From NCBI RefSeq assembly GCF_009914755.1, contig NC_060926.1: a stretch of DNA of 64,000 nt; one strand, written 5' to 3'. Positions 12,600-25,202 of the stretch are shown here, in pieces. The position numbers were made by a program, and so were the translations under genes. Numbering within the stretch: position 1 is the first letter of the stretch; each line of letters starts with the position of its first letter. Source of the DNA: the human T2T-CHM13v2.0 reference genome, Homo sapiens. The notes below the pieces were generated by a model, which was not told where the DNA came from, did not search any database, and saw only the letters and a list, made by a program, of their open reading frames with translations.

Positions 12600-13560
12600 T
12601 CAATTGTTTATTTACTTCCCTTGGACTTTTGCTTTCATGTTTGTGGTTCTCCTCCTGTATCTGCTGCCCATCATTGCTTGTCCTTCTCTATTTACAAATG
12701 AAGAATTGGTTGATTTTCTCAGTGGCCAGTTTGGGCTGTCTTGCTTTAGTATATGTGTCTAGATCTATGCTCAGTGGGCTGATTTTGAACTTTGTAAGTA
12801 CAGGTGGGGCTTTCTGACAACCATACCTTGCTTTGTAGGAGACAGAGTGGGAGAGGGACATAGGAGCTGAGGACGCTACTCTGGGGTGCCCAACAGTGCC
12901 AGCCCTGTTCCCTGCCCGGCTGACTTTGTTGTGTGGGGGAAGTGGAGGTGGGTGAACAGGCAAAGCTGTTCAGCAGGCAGACTTCAGTGAGTAGCCAGGT
13001 TTTAGACCCCTTCCTCACGCCCTCTGCTTTCTGTTAAGTTTTATCTTCATGCCCAGAGCAGAGCGGCAAACACCTCTGCTGCAGGCCCCACTAGCAAGTC
13101 TCCTCTCTTCAACCACCAGCCACTTCCATGTACTTTCAGACTTGCAGACTTTGTTAACAGGTACTCCTATCCTCTTTTGTTTATTGTTTTATATTTATTC
13201 TTCAAGTACTTTGCTTTCTGTCCCCGACATTAGCGGATGACAAAGGAGACAGGGTTGGCATGATTGCTAAGTGAGCCAAGCTGTAGTATGCACCACCCAA
13301 GGATAGTTGGTGACAGTTTGGGTAGTTTTGCTGTCAGCTTTGTCTGAGATCGACAGCACAGTTGTCTTTTTTTGACATCTTCCCACATCCTGGTTTTCCC
13401 TTAGCTGACTTTGTCAGTGCTTCCTTGTATGTTGTGGTTTGGAGTTACGCATGTTTCCAGTGTCAATGAAAATGAGCTTGCATTTCTGATTTTCATCCTC
13501 TCTGTCTTTCTCTCCCTTTCTCTTTCTGGCAGGAGAGGCATTGTGTGAGTGGTTTCTTAG
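12600..13560 (-). mobile_element. Highly decayed HAL1/L1ME 5' region fragments
   Basis: Pyrimidine-rich patches resembling the reverse strand of old L1/HAL1 5' sequence; boundaries uncertain. Confidence 0.3.
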
Positions 13561-13846
13561 CTCTTTCATTTTAGAACTTGAACGTTACTGTTATTTTAGT
13601 GGTGTCTCAGGTAAGAGGGGATACAAACAATTTTCAGTCTGCTACCTAGAAATCCTACATGGAATTTCTCTTACATTTTGCAAAGAGAAATTTTTTCTCT
13701 TAAATACAATTGAAATTTCATTTTACAGGTTTTCTCATTCATAAAGGCCTGCTAAACAGGAAGCAGGTAGTTATGTATTAGGATACTTCCTTGGTTATCT
13801 CCTTTCTCTGGGGAAAAAAAATCCCTGATAATTATTAAAAACTTTC

Positions 13847-14225
<379 letters not shown>

Positions 14226-14604
14226 TTAACTGTTTTTCCCTTCAGGTGTCAGAAAAACAACACTGAATTTTTAGTCCCTTTGAAAACTTGAGCTTCCTAT
14301 GAAGCATTACTCTTTCAATGGCTGAGATTGCTTTGCTTAATCCCTCTGCTACAGCTCTCTGTTATCAGTGAAAACTGTAGATTTTTAAGGTTTCTTTAAG
14401 CTGGATTTTCAGTGCCTCTGGAGGTTGATGCCAAGGATGTAAGTTCAGATTGAGTTATCCAAAAAGCTACCTATTCCTTACTCTACAATTTAATTTGTTC
14501 CTTCCTTTATTTGCGGAACTAACATCATGTCAGGAATAGTTGAGGATTGGTAAACCAGCAAGATACGGTCCAAGTCCATAGTCATTGATCTTATATGTTG
14601 ACTA

Positions 14605-14790
14605 GGTGTTTTACACATTTTAGTTAATACTCACTGTAACTCTGACAGGTATGTACAGATATTATTGTTTCCAACTTACAGTTCAGACAGATGAGACTCA
14701 GATATAATAACCCATTCTACGTCCCGTAGCCAACACCATAGCCTGGATTTGAATCCAAGTTATTTGAGATCTTTGTTTAACTTTTAATAT
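14605..14790 (-). mobile_element. MIR
   Basis: tattattgtttccaacttacag...gatgagactcaga...ggatttgaatccaag matches the reverse MIR core. Confidence 0.65.
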
Positions 14791-15029
14791 AGCCCACCAA
14801 CGCTTCTATACTTGGTCCATAATTATTGCTGATAATTAGGCTGAGACTATGTCGCACATTTCTCTGAAAAGTCTATTTTTCTCGTTCTCCATTATTATAT
14901 TAACGAGGAAGCTACTATTCAATCATTTTAGAGAGAACTAATATAGGCTGTCTATACTAGTCTCCATTTTCAGAAAGGATAGTAACAATGGTAATATATG
15001 TTTAGAAGAAGATTGGCTTATATAAATTC

Positions 15030-15700
15030 AACCAGTCAATGATTATTTTTGAATACCTAACTTTACCAAATATTTTGGTGGAAGTTTTATATACAATAGT
15101 GAAAGAAACAAGGTATGTGTGTTGGTTTGTTCTCATGATACTAATAAAGACATATCGAGGCTGGATAATTTATAAGGGAAAAAAGATTTAATGGACTCAT
15201 GGTTCTACATGGCTGGGAAAGCTTCAAAATCACGGCAGAAGGCAAAGGAAGAAGAGCAAGACACGTCTTACAAGGAGGCAGACAAGAGAGCATGTGCACG
15301 GGAACACCCCTTTATAAAACCATCAGATTTCGTAAGACTTATTCACCATCATGAGAACAGCACTGGAAAGACCCACCCCCATGATTCAAGTATCTCCCAC
15401 CACATTCCTCCCACATGTGGGATTTACGGGAGCTACAATTTAAGATGAGATTTTGGTGGGGACACAGCCAAACCATATCAGTATGTTTCTATCCGTTTGT
15501 AGCTTATATACTTGGGGGGAGATTGCATTACACAAATAAATGCCTAATTATTTATATGAGCACATTCAGATAAGTGCTATAGTGGATACGCATAGAAGGC
15601 TGTGATAGCCAAGAGATATTTTTCTGAATGTGAAGGGGCATTTGGAAGAAAGAAGGTTTACCCAGGTAGATACTGTGGTTGGAGTGTTCACTCTTATACC
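15030..15700 (-). mobile_element. LINE-2 3' fragment split by THE1B
   Basis: tatttttgaatacctaact...atacaatagtgaaag before the LTR; gtagcttata...taagtgctat after it. Confidence 0.45.
15118..15480 (-). mobile_element. THE1B solo LTR
   Basis: Ends ...gggacacagccaaaccatatca; perfect TSD gtatg at 15113-15117 and 15481-15485. Confidence 0.95.
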
Positions 15701-15814
15701 AAGAAAAGGGCCAGTATGAGTTGGTGGAACAAGCTCATGGATAGTTGTGGTAGATTGTTTTTGGTTTGTATCAGTGCAATGATTTGCTGATGCAAATAAT
15801 TTGGAAAATTCATT

Positions 15815-15931
15815 TGATTATAAGTTCTATGAGGCAGGAGCTTCATCTCTATTGGTAACTACTCTGTCCCCAGTACCTAGAACACTGTGTGGCACATTAG
15901 AGCTGCACAATAAATATTTGCTGAGAGAATG
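15815..15931 (+). mobile_element. LINE-2 3' end
   Basis: taagttctatgaggcagg...ccccagtacctagaacactg...caataaatatttgctgag. Confidence 0.75.
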
Positions 15932-16014
15932 TTCGCAATTTAACCCATGATTATTGGGATCCTTTTGCTGGTCACAGTGCCAGCTCTCCATTCAATAATT
16001 TATAAATGACGAAG

Positions 16015-16510
16015 TTGTATTAGACATCCTGTTCCTGGTTACTTGCTTCTTTGTCCTGATATTATTCTCCTGTGCTTCTCTTACTTTGTTCTGTATTGCA
16101 GGAGGCTGACTTGTAAAATTACATTTTCCAAGCTTCTTAGCCAACTAACTTCTGGTTAGATTTGGCAGATGGGGAATTCGGGTAGAAAACTGGAGATCAG
16201 GAGAGAGCAACCAACATGTATCTCCCCTTTATTTCTACTCAGCGTGGCTTCTGTGGGCTGTTGTTGATATACCTTGGTTGTTCTAACCCCACCAGCCAGC
16301 TGCTGGATTCAACATTATCCTCTTTCCCTGTCCCTGTGGACTTAAGGGCAAAGCAGCTATCTGCAGCTGCCATATTCTGGGTTTTCTTACCCTCTTCTGT
16401 TTTCCTGTTCAGCCCTTTATACACCTACAGAAATGGTTTCACATATGAAATTTTTTCTACTGAACTGCTAATATAAATATGCTACTTTCCCTATTGAAGC
16501 CTGGCTCCTT
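16015..16510 (-). mobile_element. LTR33-like ERVL LTR
   Basis: ggaggctgacttgtaaaattacatt...cttctggttagatttggcagatgggg...ggagatcaggag resembles LTR33. Confidence 0.55.
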
Positions 16511-18724
16511 CCTGCTAAGACTTCTTCCAGTTTCCAAATCCAGTAACTCCAAACCTGATTTCTCATTTGTAATGCCTCGAAGACAGCAATTATGAGATTG
16601 CCAATGGTCAATAGGGTTATGTCATCTCAAAACAGTGAATTTTTCATATTTTTGTCTCTCACTATTAGGACAATGATAAAAACAGTCTATTATTGTTAGA
16701 ACAATAATAAAATACGTAGATCTTACATAAACGTAATCTTTGAATGTTTGAGGTCTGATTACTCAATTATGAAACCTCCTTCAACAAAAGGAGGCTTTGG
16801 TATAAAGTTATTTTATAAACTATGCATTAAATGTTTGGAACTGATACTGATGCATCATTAGAAAAATTAGTCAAGATTTGGTTATAACCTTTTCTACTAC
16901 AGAGAAACAAAAGACATGAGGATTTCATTGTCCAAGAGTATGTTTGGAAACTAGGTTTTAAGATATTGAAATTTACCCTTGTCTTTCAAGTCTAGTGAAA
17001 TATAGAATATACATGCATTTTTAACTACTGCTAGAATAGTAGATTTATGTATGCTGTGAAGAGAACCAAAATGAACAATTTATCTGAATTTCATTTTAAA
17101 CTCAGTGGAAGCAATTCTTCCACCTTCATCTCCCTCTCCTCTGGGATCACTTACGGCTGATTACCAGATGACAGATGATTACCACTAAATGGCTAGATGC
17201 ATGTGGTATTACGTGGTAAAACCCTTACATGGCTGAACCATCATTGTCATCAAACTGGACGATTGATGAAACCATGACTCAAAGCTAGAAGTCTACTACA
17301 ACTCCTTTGGTAAACATATTTTTAAGAATATTGCTCTTTGCTCACCTCTGTTCATAAATGCAAGTATCACTTTGCACTTGTACATGTTTTCATAGAATCA
17401 ACAAGTAATTAAAAAAGCATTATTTGTCCAGTATTGCTATTCATAGTGGCATTTCTCAGGCAGTGAAATTTAACACTACAGTTGCATGTAAAGGAAATAG
17501 CCATACAAGCTTCTCTTCCTTTCAACTGTTACCGACAACTTCGTGTAAAAGACCACTGACAGTAGAACCTAAAAAGTGCAGTTGTGGGTCACAGATTTTT
17601 GTTCTTCCTGTGTCAGCCTCATTTTTTTTTTGTTGAAGAGACAGTGAGGATGGTTTGCATTAGCTAACCTGGAAAAAGACTGGACCATACACACCAGAAT
17701 CTGTATGTACACCTCAATGAGGATGACAGTGGACATCAGGATTGTCTTGTGGTTTCTTGAGGAGACTCATGCAAGATTCTTGTGGAATCATTCTTGGTCG
17801 GGAGGGTTAGGACTCATTGTGAATCATCCTCCTATGTTGAGATAATGACTGCGCAGATTATAGAGATATTCAAAGTCTTTGAAGACTCTGTATTATAAAA
17901 ATAATCTCAATACATATGCTTGATTTTAAATTGTGTCATTGACCTTTTGTTACAGGAATGTTCAAACCTTCACAAAAGTAGAGAGGATGGAATAATGAGT
18001 TGCCACCATTGCAATAATTAAGAGCATTTTGCCAATCTTATTTCATCTTTCCTAACTTTTTTTTTTTTTTCAGTTTTGGTGTTATGTAAGGCAAGTTTCA
18101 AGTGTCATATCATATAATGAGTAAATCACTATGTTTCATTTACAGAGATCTCCTTAAAAAGTACCTAAGTTTTCTATCACTATCACACCTAACAAAGTAG
18201 TATTTTAATATCTGCTAGTACATTATCCATCTCAAATTTCTCCAAATGTCTCAAAAATATTATTTAATAGTTGTATATTTGAATTAAGGTCTAATCAAGG
18301 TCTTCATACTACATTTACCTGAGAGGTCTCTTAAGTGTCTTTTAGTTTATAAGAAGAATTCTCCCTTCTCTCTTATTTATTGAGGATATTTATTTGTTGA
18401 AGAAACCATATTATTTGTCCCAGATTATGAATTTGGCTGATTGCATTTTCCTGGTGCTATTTATCCTGTTTTAACTGTTAGTTATATCTAGAAGCTTGAT
18501 TAGATTCGGGAGAAATTTTGGGGAGGAAAAATACTTTCTGGGTTGTTCTGTGTACTTTCTGTTGCATCATGTCAAGGGAAGCAATAGGCACATTTGGAGA
18601 GTATGTTAATACTCTTAGTAGGATTAGTGTTGGCAAATGGCTCCACTTATGAAGATTTCCTTCAAACTTCTCCCTAAAAATTATATCAGTAATTGTCTAG
18701 ATCTATTATTTAACTAAGGATTAA

Positions 18725-19041
<317 letters not shown>

Positions 19042-19771
19042 TATCAGGTGATATTCTTATATACTGGAAAACTTTTCTTTGTTAACTGCTTGGTTGTTGA
19101 AATGGAATTCAATAATGAGGTCAGAGTAAACACTTGCCCCTTTCTCCTTTCTCACCAATCATCAGAATGAAATCGCATGCTGGCAGCCTGCAAAGATGAC
19201 CAATGAAGATTTTATTTCTCCTTAATTGTCTGTGTATCACTATTAATTCATGGATTTTTAGTTATTTGATATGTTCCACTTTATTGCAATCATTTTTCTC
19301 CTACATCCACAAACTGTCCCATCTTTAGTCAGAGGAAGCCCCTTCAAGTTGGCTTTTATCTCCTTTTGAAATAACACCAATAGTTTTCAAAGGTGTGCAT
19401 ATGTTTTCTGTTCCAATTAATTGTACCAAGCTCATCTTATACATTTCCTATTCCATACGTGCGATCAACTGCTAGTTCAAAGAACCCCGATTCCTTTTCC
19501 AGAAATGGCATCTAGAGAATAAATCTGGGGCAAAAGGAGTGCTCATTGTCACTGGGTTGTCATTGCTTCCAGATTTTTTAGCCGACAGAGAGAGGAAACA
19601 CATATATTTTAGAAGAACAAAAATAAGCCTTAAGTGCACATTGATAGTTCCAATACCACCTGTGAACAAGAAGAGTTCACTCAACACCTTTAATTTTACA
19701 CCAGTATCTTTTTTCTTCTTTGCTAATAGCCCTAGTGCCTACCAACATCAGTGTAATTGTACTAGATTCAG

Positions 19772-20382
19772 TGTATAAACCACCATACCTGTGCACATTT
19801 GACTTTATTTTTGTGTGGAGCAGCCTCAGGAACTGCTTTAACTTTTCCCATGGTCCAGCATGAGTCAGGATCATGTTGCCTTCACTGCCCCAAGACCAAG
19901 GGTATCATTGGACAGGATGGTTGCTTGACTCTCATTTCACTTGTAGTTTATATCCTGGCCACGTTTTCTCTCTTGCTGGGCTTGTTTCTCCATCCTCCTG
20001 TCCCAGGGCTTCCCTGTTGCAGCTGAGGCACCCTGCAGGATTTGCAAATCCCTGTGTAAGTGAGGGAGTATTAGCTTCCCCTGAATTACTTTGGCCAATG
20101 AGACATAAAGAACAAATGCTTATCCCTTCCTCTCACACTATCCAAAGATTCAGTAGTTTCATGATACTTTCTTAAAGATGCTCTGTAAAACCAAAAATTC
20201 AGTGTATCCTAAAGCTTGGACCAGCTTTGCAATACATTTTCACATAGTGTTGGCTCTCCCTCCTGTCTGTCTTTACTTCCTTCCTCCCTCATTCTCAAGT
20301 CCCTAGAATTGCACTCCCCAATAAAATGTTTACAGAAATTTTTTGCCTTAGAATTTGTTTCCTAGGGAACCCAGCCTAAACA
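19772..20382 (+). mobile_element. Old ERVL-type solo LTR (subfamily uncertain)
   Basis: 3' end cactccccaataaa...tttgccttagaatttgtttcctagggaacccagcctaaaca is typical of LTR16-like ERVL LTRs; possible TSD attca/attta. Confidence 0.55.
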
Positions 20383-20562
20383 ATTTATCAATTACTTAAT
20401 CCCGCAAAATATGTACAATAATTTCAAAATAACCATACCCAAATCACTCCTAACAAAAGCTATTGAAATATCTGTTGGCAATTACTTCTGTCGCAGAATA
20501 TATCCCACAAGGGTGAATAGTCAAAATATGTCCATCAGCTTAATTTGAAACGATTCTTCTTT

Positions 20563-21285
20563 TTATTTTTAAAAAATGTTGCTTTATTTTTAAAAATTTA
20601 CAAGTAATAATTGTACATATTCATGGGACACATAGTGATGTTTTGAGACATATAATGTGTGGTGATCAGATCAGAGTAATTAGCTTACCCATCATCTCAA
20701 ACGTTTGACATTTCTTTGTGTTGGGAACATTCAATATCCTCTTTTCAGCTATTTGAAACTATATATTATTGTTAACTACAGTCATCCTACAGTGGTATAG
20801 AACACTAGAACTTATTGAGCCTATCTTACCAGAATTCTGTATCCTTTAGCAAATCTCTCCCTATCCCTCCCTTCCCCCTATACTTCCCAGCCTCTAGTAT
20901 CTTCTGTTCTACTTTTCCAAAGGAAGAAAATCATTATATCAGAGAGATATCTGCACCTCCATGGTAATTGCAGCACTATTAACAATAGCCAAGATACGGA
21001 ATCAAACTAGGTGTCCAACAGATGAATGAATACAAAAACTGTGGTATATATACACCATGGAATACTACTCAGCCACAAAAAAGAATGAAATCTTGTCATT
21101 TGAGACAACATGAATGGAACTGGAGGACATTATGTTAAGTGAAATAAGCCAAGTACAGAAAGTTAAATATCACATGTTCTCATTCATATGTGGAAGATAA
21201 AATAGTTGATCTCATAGAAGTGAAAGGTAGAACAGAGGATACTGGAAGCTGGGAATGGTAGGAGGAAAAGGAAGGATAGGAAGAG
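20563..21285 (-). mobile_element. L1MA (approx. L1MA4-6) 3' end with 5' inversion
   Basis: Minus-strand 3' UTR 20563-20916 joined to plus-strand ORF2-end/UTR 20917-21285; TSD ttgaaac(g/a)attcttcttt at 20545-20562 and 21288-21305. Confidence 0.9.
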
Positions 21286-21471
21286 AATTGAAACAATTCT
21301 TCTTTGTGTACTCATGCTACCATTTTGATATTAAGATAGTTTGATTTGATTTGTCATACATTTAAATTTTTAAAAAAATTATGAAACATGTTTACATTGT
21401 TACCCTGTCAAATTATGAAAGGAGATGTATTCAGAGGAGCATGCATGTTTCCACCCCTTTCTCGACCCTCC

Positions 21472-21773
21472 TTTTTTTTTTTGCTTAGACAGAGTCTCAT
21501 TCTGTCGCCCAGGCTAGAGTGCAGTGGTGCCATGCACTATGTCAGCTCACTGCAGCCTCTGCCCCCTGAGTTCAAGTGATTCTTGTGCTTCAGCCTTGGG
21601 AGTAGCTGGGATTACAGGCATGTGCCACCACACCCAGCTAATTTTTGTATTTTTGGTAGAGACGGAGTTTCACAATGTTGGCCAGGCTGGTCTCTAACTC
21701 CTGTTCTCAAGTGATCCACCCACCTCAGCCTCCCAAAGTGTTGGGATTACAGGCGTGAGCCACTGCACACGGC
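21472..21773 (-). mobile_element. Alu (AluSz/Jb-like)
   Basis: Dimeric Alu reverse strand with a small insertion after gcagtggtgc. Confidence 0.93.
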
Positions 21774-22058
21774 TTTCCTTCCCTTTAGTAGTGGCTTTTT
21801 CTTTGTTTTGTTTTGGCTTATTCTTTCATATTTTTCCAGTCTTTTGCTATCAGAAATAGTACTTCTATGGACACAATCTAAGTTTTTATATACACTGATT
21901 TCTTGGCAAAACATAATGGTGGAGATAAACATACAGTGAGTGGTTACCTGAATTTTTTACTCATCCACTCAGTTACATGCTATAGTTTACTGAGGACAAA
22001 TTTGCACATAAAATTCCTTGCAAAAACATTGTTGAGTGAAAAAAGCAAATTGGATAAG

Positions 22059-22095
22059 TATCTATCTATTATCTATCTATCAATCTATCTATCTA

Positions 22096-22142
<47 letters not shown>

Positions 22143-22156
22143 CTGTTTATCTATCT
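22059..22156 (+). repeat. (TATC)n / GATA tetranucleotide microsatellite
   Basis: Long imperfect tatc array with a perfect core. Confidence 0.95.
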
Positions 22157-22550
22157 AGAGATGTCACAACAGGGTGGCATCTCAGGACAGGAAAAAAGGG
22201 ACTAGAATAGAGAATAATGATTGAAAAGGAATTGAAAATATATATGTATCTTTTTGTGTAATAAAATAGTATAATAAAGAGCCTGGGGCCACAGTCAGAA
22301 ACCCCATTTTCTAATCATCAGAATGATTTGAGTAGGGTGTATTCATGTCTGAGAAATGCAATTGAGGAACCTGTTGATCTGTTAAGTGGCTTTTCAAAAT
22401 CGGGGTATATTTATGATGCAATATTTACTTATAAAAAAACACAGTAAAATTATACCTCTACCATTATTGCTATGTATTAATGTCTCCTGTACTCAGATAA
22501 AGAGTAAAAGAGAACTCTGAAGTGTAGAAGAGTTGTGGTAGGAGTGGTAG

Positions 22551-22865
<315 letters not shown>

Positions 22866-23589
22866 TGATTTTTAATGCCCTTTCTTTTTTTTCAGTTAAT
22901 GCAACAGTTGAACAAGAACATTTGTAAATAAATGCAGATGCCCAATCTCTTGCTCCCTTGGAAGTCACCCAAACTGAAAAGAGAATAAGAAATATAAGTA
23001 CATACTTCATTTGTCAACGAAACTAGGATATTGATAAATATGCTCACAGTATATGAGTAAATAAGTAAAATAGAAGCATTATAAAAATCAGACTAATTAT
23101 CAACAGAAAATGAAAAAATTATGTAATGAAGGGTTGGAGAACTGAAGATAATTAAGTTTATTTGTCTTCTCAAATGAAAAAAGCTCTATAATTGTGGTCA
23201 GTGTGTATCGTAGAAGGTGACAGTAAGAGAAAATGTTTTACAGAATGGATGGAGTGTGTGACAAGACTTAGTTGGATATTTAAAGAAATAAATAAAACAA
23301 AGAAGACAATTTCTAAACTGAAAAAAATTGATAATACTAAGAACTTATTATGTGACAAGGACTATTTTAAGAATTTACTTGATTTAACTCAATTAATCCT
23401 CATGTAATCTTATGAGGTATGCAGTATTGCTACCTCCATTTGCTATGTATAAATAGCTTGTTCTATTTTACTGCAGAATAGTATTCAATTGTTTAGATGT
23501 ATCACAGTTTGTTAATCCATTCACCAGCTGTTTCCAATTTGGGGCTATCATGAATAAAACTGCTATAAATATTTACATATGCAGTTCTA

Positions 23590-23930
23590 CAGATCTACAT
23601 TGATTTAAAAATCCTCGTTGAGGTTTCAAGATCCCAAAAAGGAAAGGAATTCTGGAGAGAAAGTAAAAGGACTTTTAATTAGAAGTCTAGATTTATTTTT
23701 AAGTCCTATTAAGATAATTTTTCTGTAGAAATAGATTCAATGCATAGAGCAACAGAAAAGAGCCCTAAAGAGAACTACAGATGTGTAGGAAATTGTTATA
23801 TAAAGAGAAAGCATAGAAACCAGTGGAGGGAGTGCATGAAATATAAGTATTTGGTTTGATGCAAGCAGTCATTTTTGTTGCAACAGTAAAAAGAAAAATA
23901 TTATAAATAAACCCACTGTAAACTTCTCCA
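23590..23930 (+). mobile_element. Highly diverged plus-strand L1 ORF2 fragment
   Basis: aaatagattcaatgcatagagcaacagaaaagagccctaaagagaactacagatgtgtaggaaattgttatataaagagaaagcatagaaaccagtggaggg resembles old L1 ORF2. Confidence 0.45.
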
Positions 23931-24918
23931 AAGAGGCTTTTCTGTGAATACGAGTTTTTACTTTCCTTAGGTAAAATTTTAGGAGCATTGAATTTTATGG
24001 TAGCTATATGTTTAACTTTATAAGAAATTGACAAACCATTTTTGAAAGTGGCTGTACCATCTGCATTTGCAGCAGTTATGTAGGAGAGCTGGCGCTCTCT
24101 TTCCTCACCAGGACTTGTTATTGATGGTTTTTCTTTTTTCTTTCTTGCCACTCCAGTAAGCATGTAGTGATATTTCGTCGTGGTTATAATTTGCATTTCC
24201 CTGATGATCAATGATGTTGACTCTGTTTTCATGGTCACATTTATTTACCATCTGTGTGTTTTCTTTAGTGAAGTAATTTGAATTTTTGTCCATTTTAAAA
24301 ATTGGGTTGTTTTTATTACATTTTGGGACTACTTCATGTAGTCTTATATATAAGACATATATATAGACTACATATTTGTCTTTTCTTGTTTTATGGCTTG
24401 TCTTTTTATTCTCTAAACTGTCTTTCTCAGAGCAGAGGTTAAGTATGCTAAAGTCCAATTTATCAATGTTTTCTTTATGAGTCATGGTTTTTGGTATCAT
24501 ATTGAAGCAATCTTTGCCTAATCCATGATTAAAAATATTTTCCACATTTGTATGTTTTAAGTTTTACATTTTGATCTATGATCCGTTTTGAGTTACTTTT
24601 CTATAATGCATGAGATGTAAGTCCCTGTTCATTTTCTGCATATGGATATCCAATTGTACCCACACTACTTGTTGGAAAGACTATGCTTCTTTCATTAAAT
24701 TCTTCCATTAAATTTCCTCTTTGTCAAAATAAATTGGCTCTATATGCGTAGACTCTATTTCTGGATTCCTTCTTCTGCTCCAAGGATCTCTGCGCCTAGC
24801 CTTTTATCATCACACTGTCTGACAGGATGAGTCTTCTGATGTTCTTTAAAAAAATGTTTTAGCCATTCTAGTTTTTTTTTTTTTTTTTTTTTGCCATTTC
24901 ATAAAAAATTTAGAATCA

Positions 24919-25202
<284 letters not shown>

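Noticed and set aside
17638-17806. Plus-strand exon candidate after a T tract
   Set aside because: Stops in all frames, weak donor, no other support
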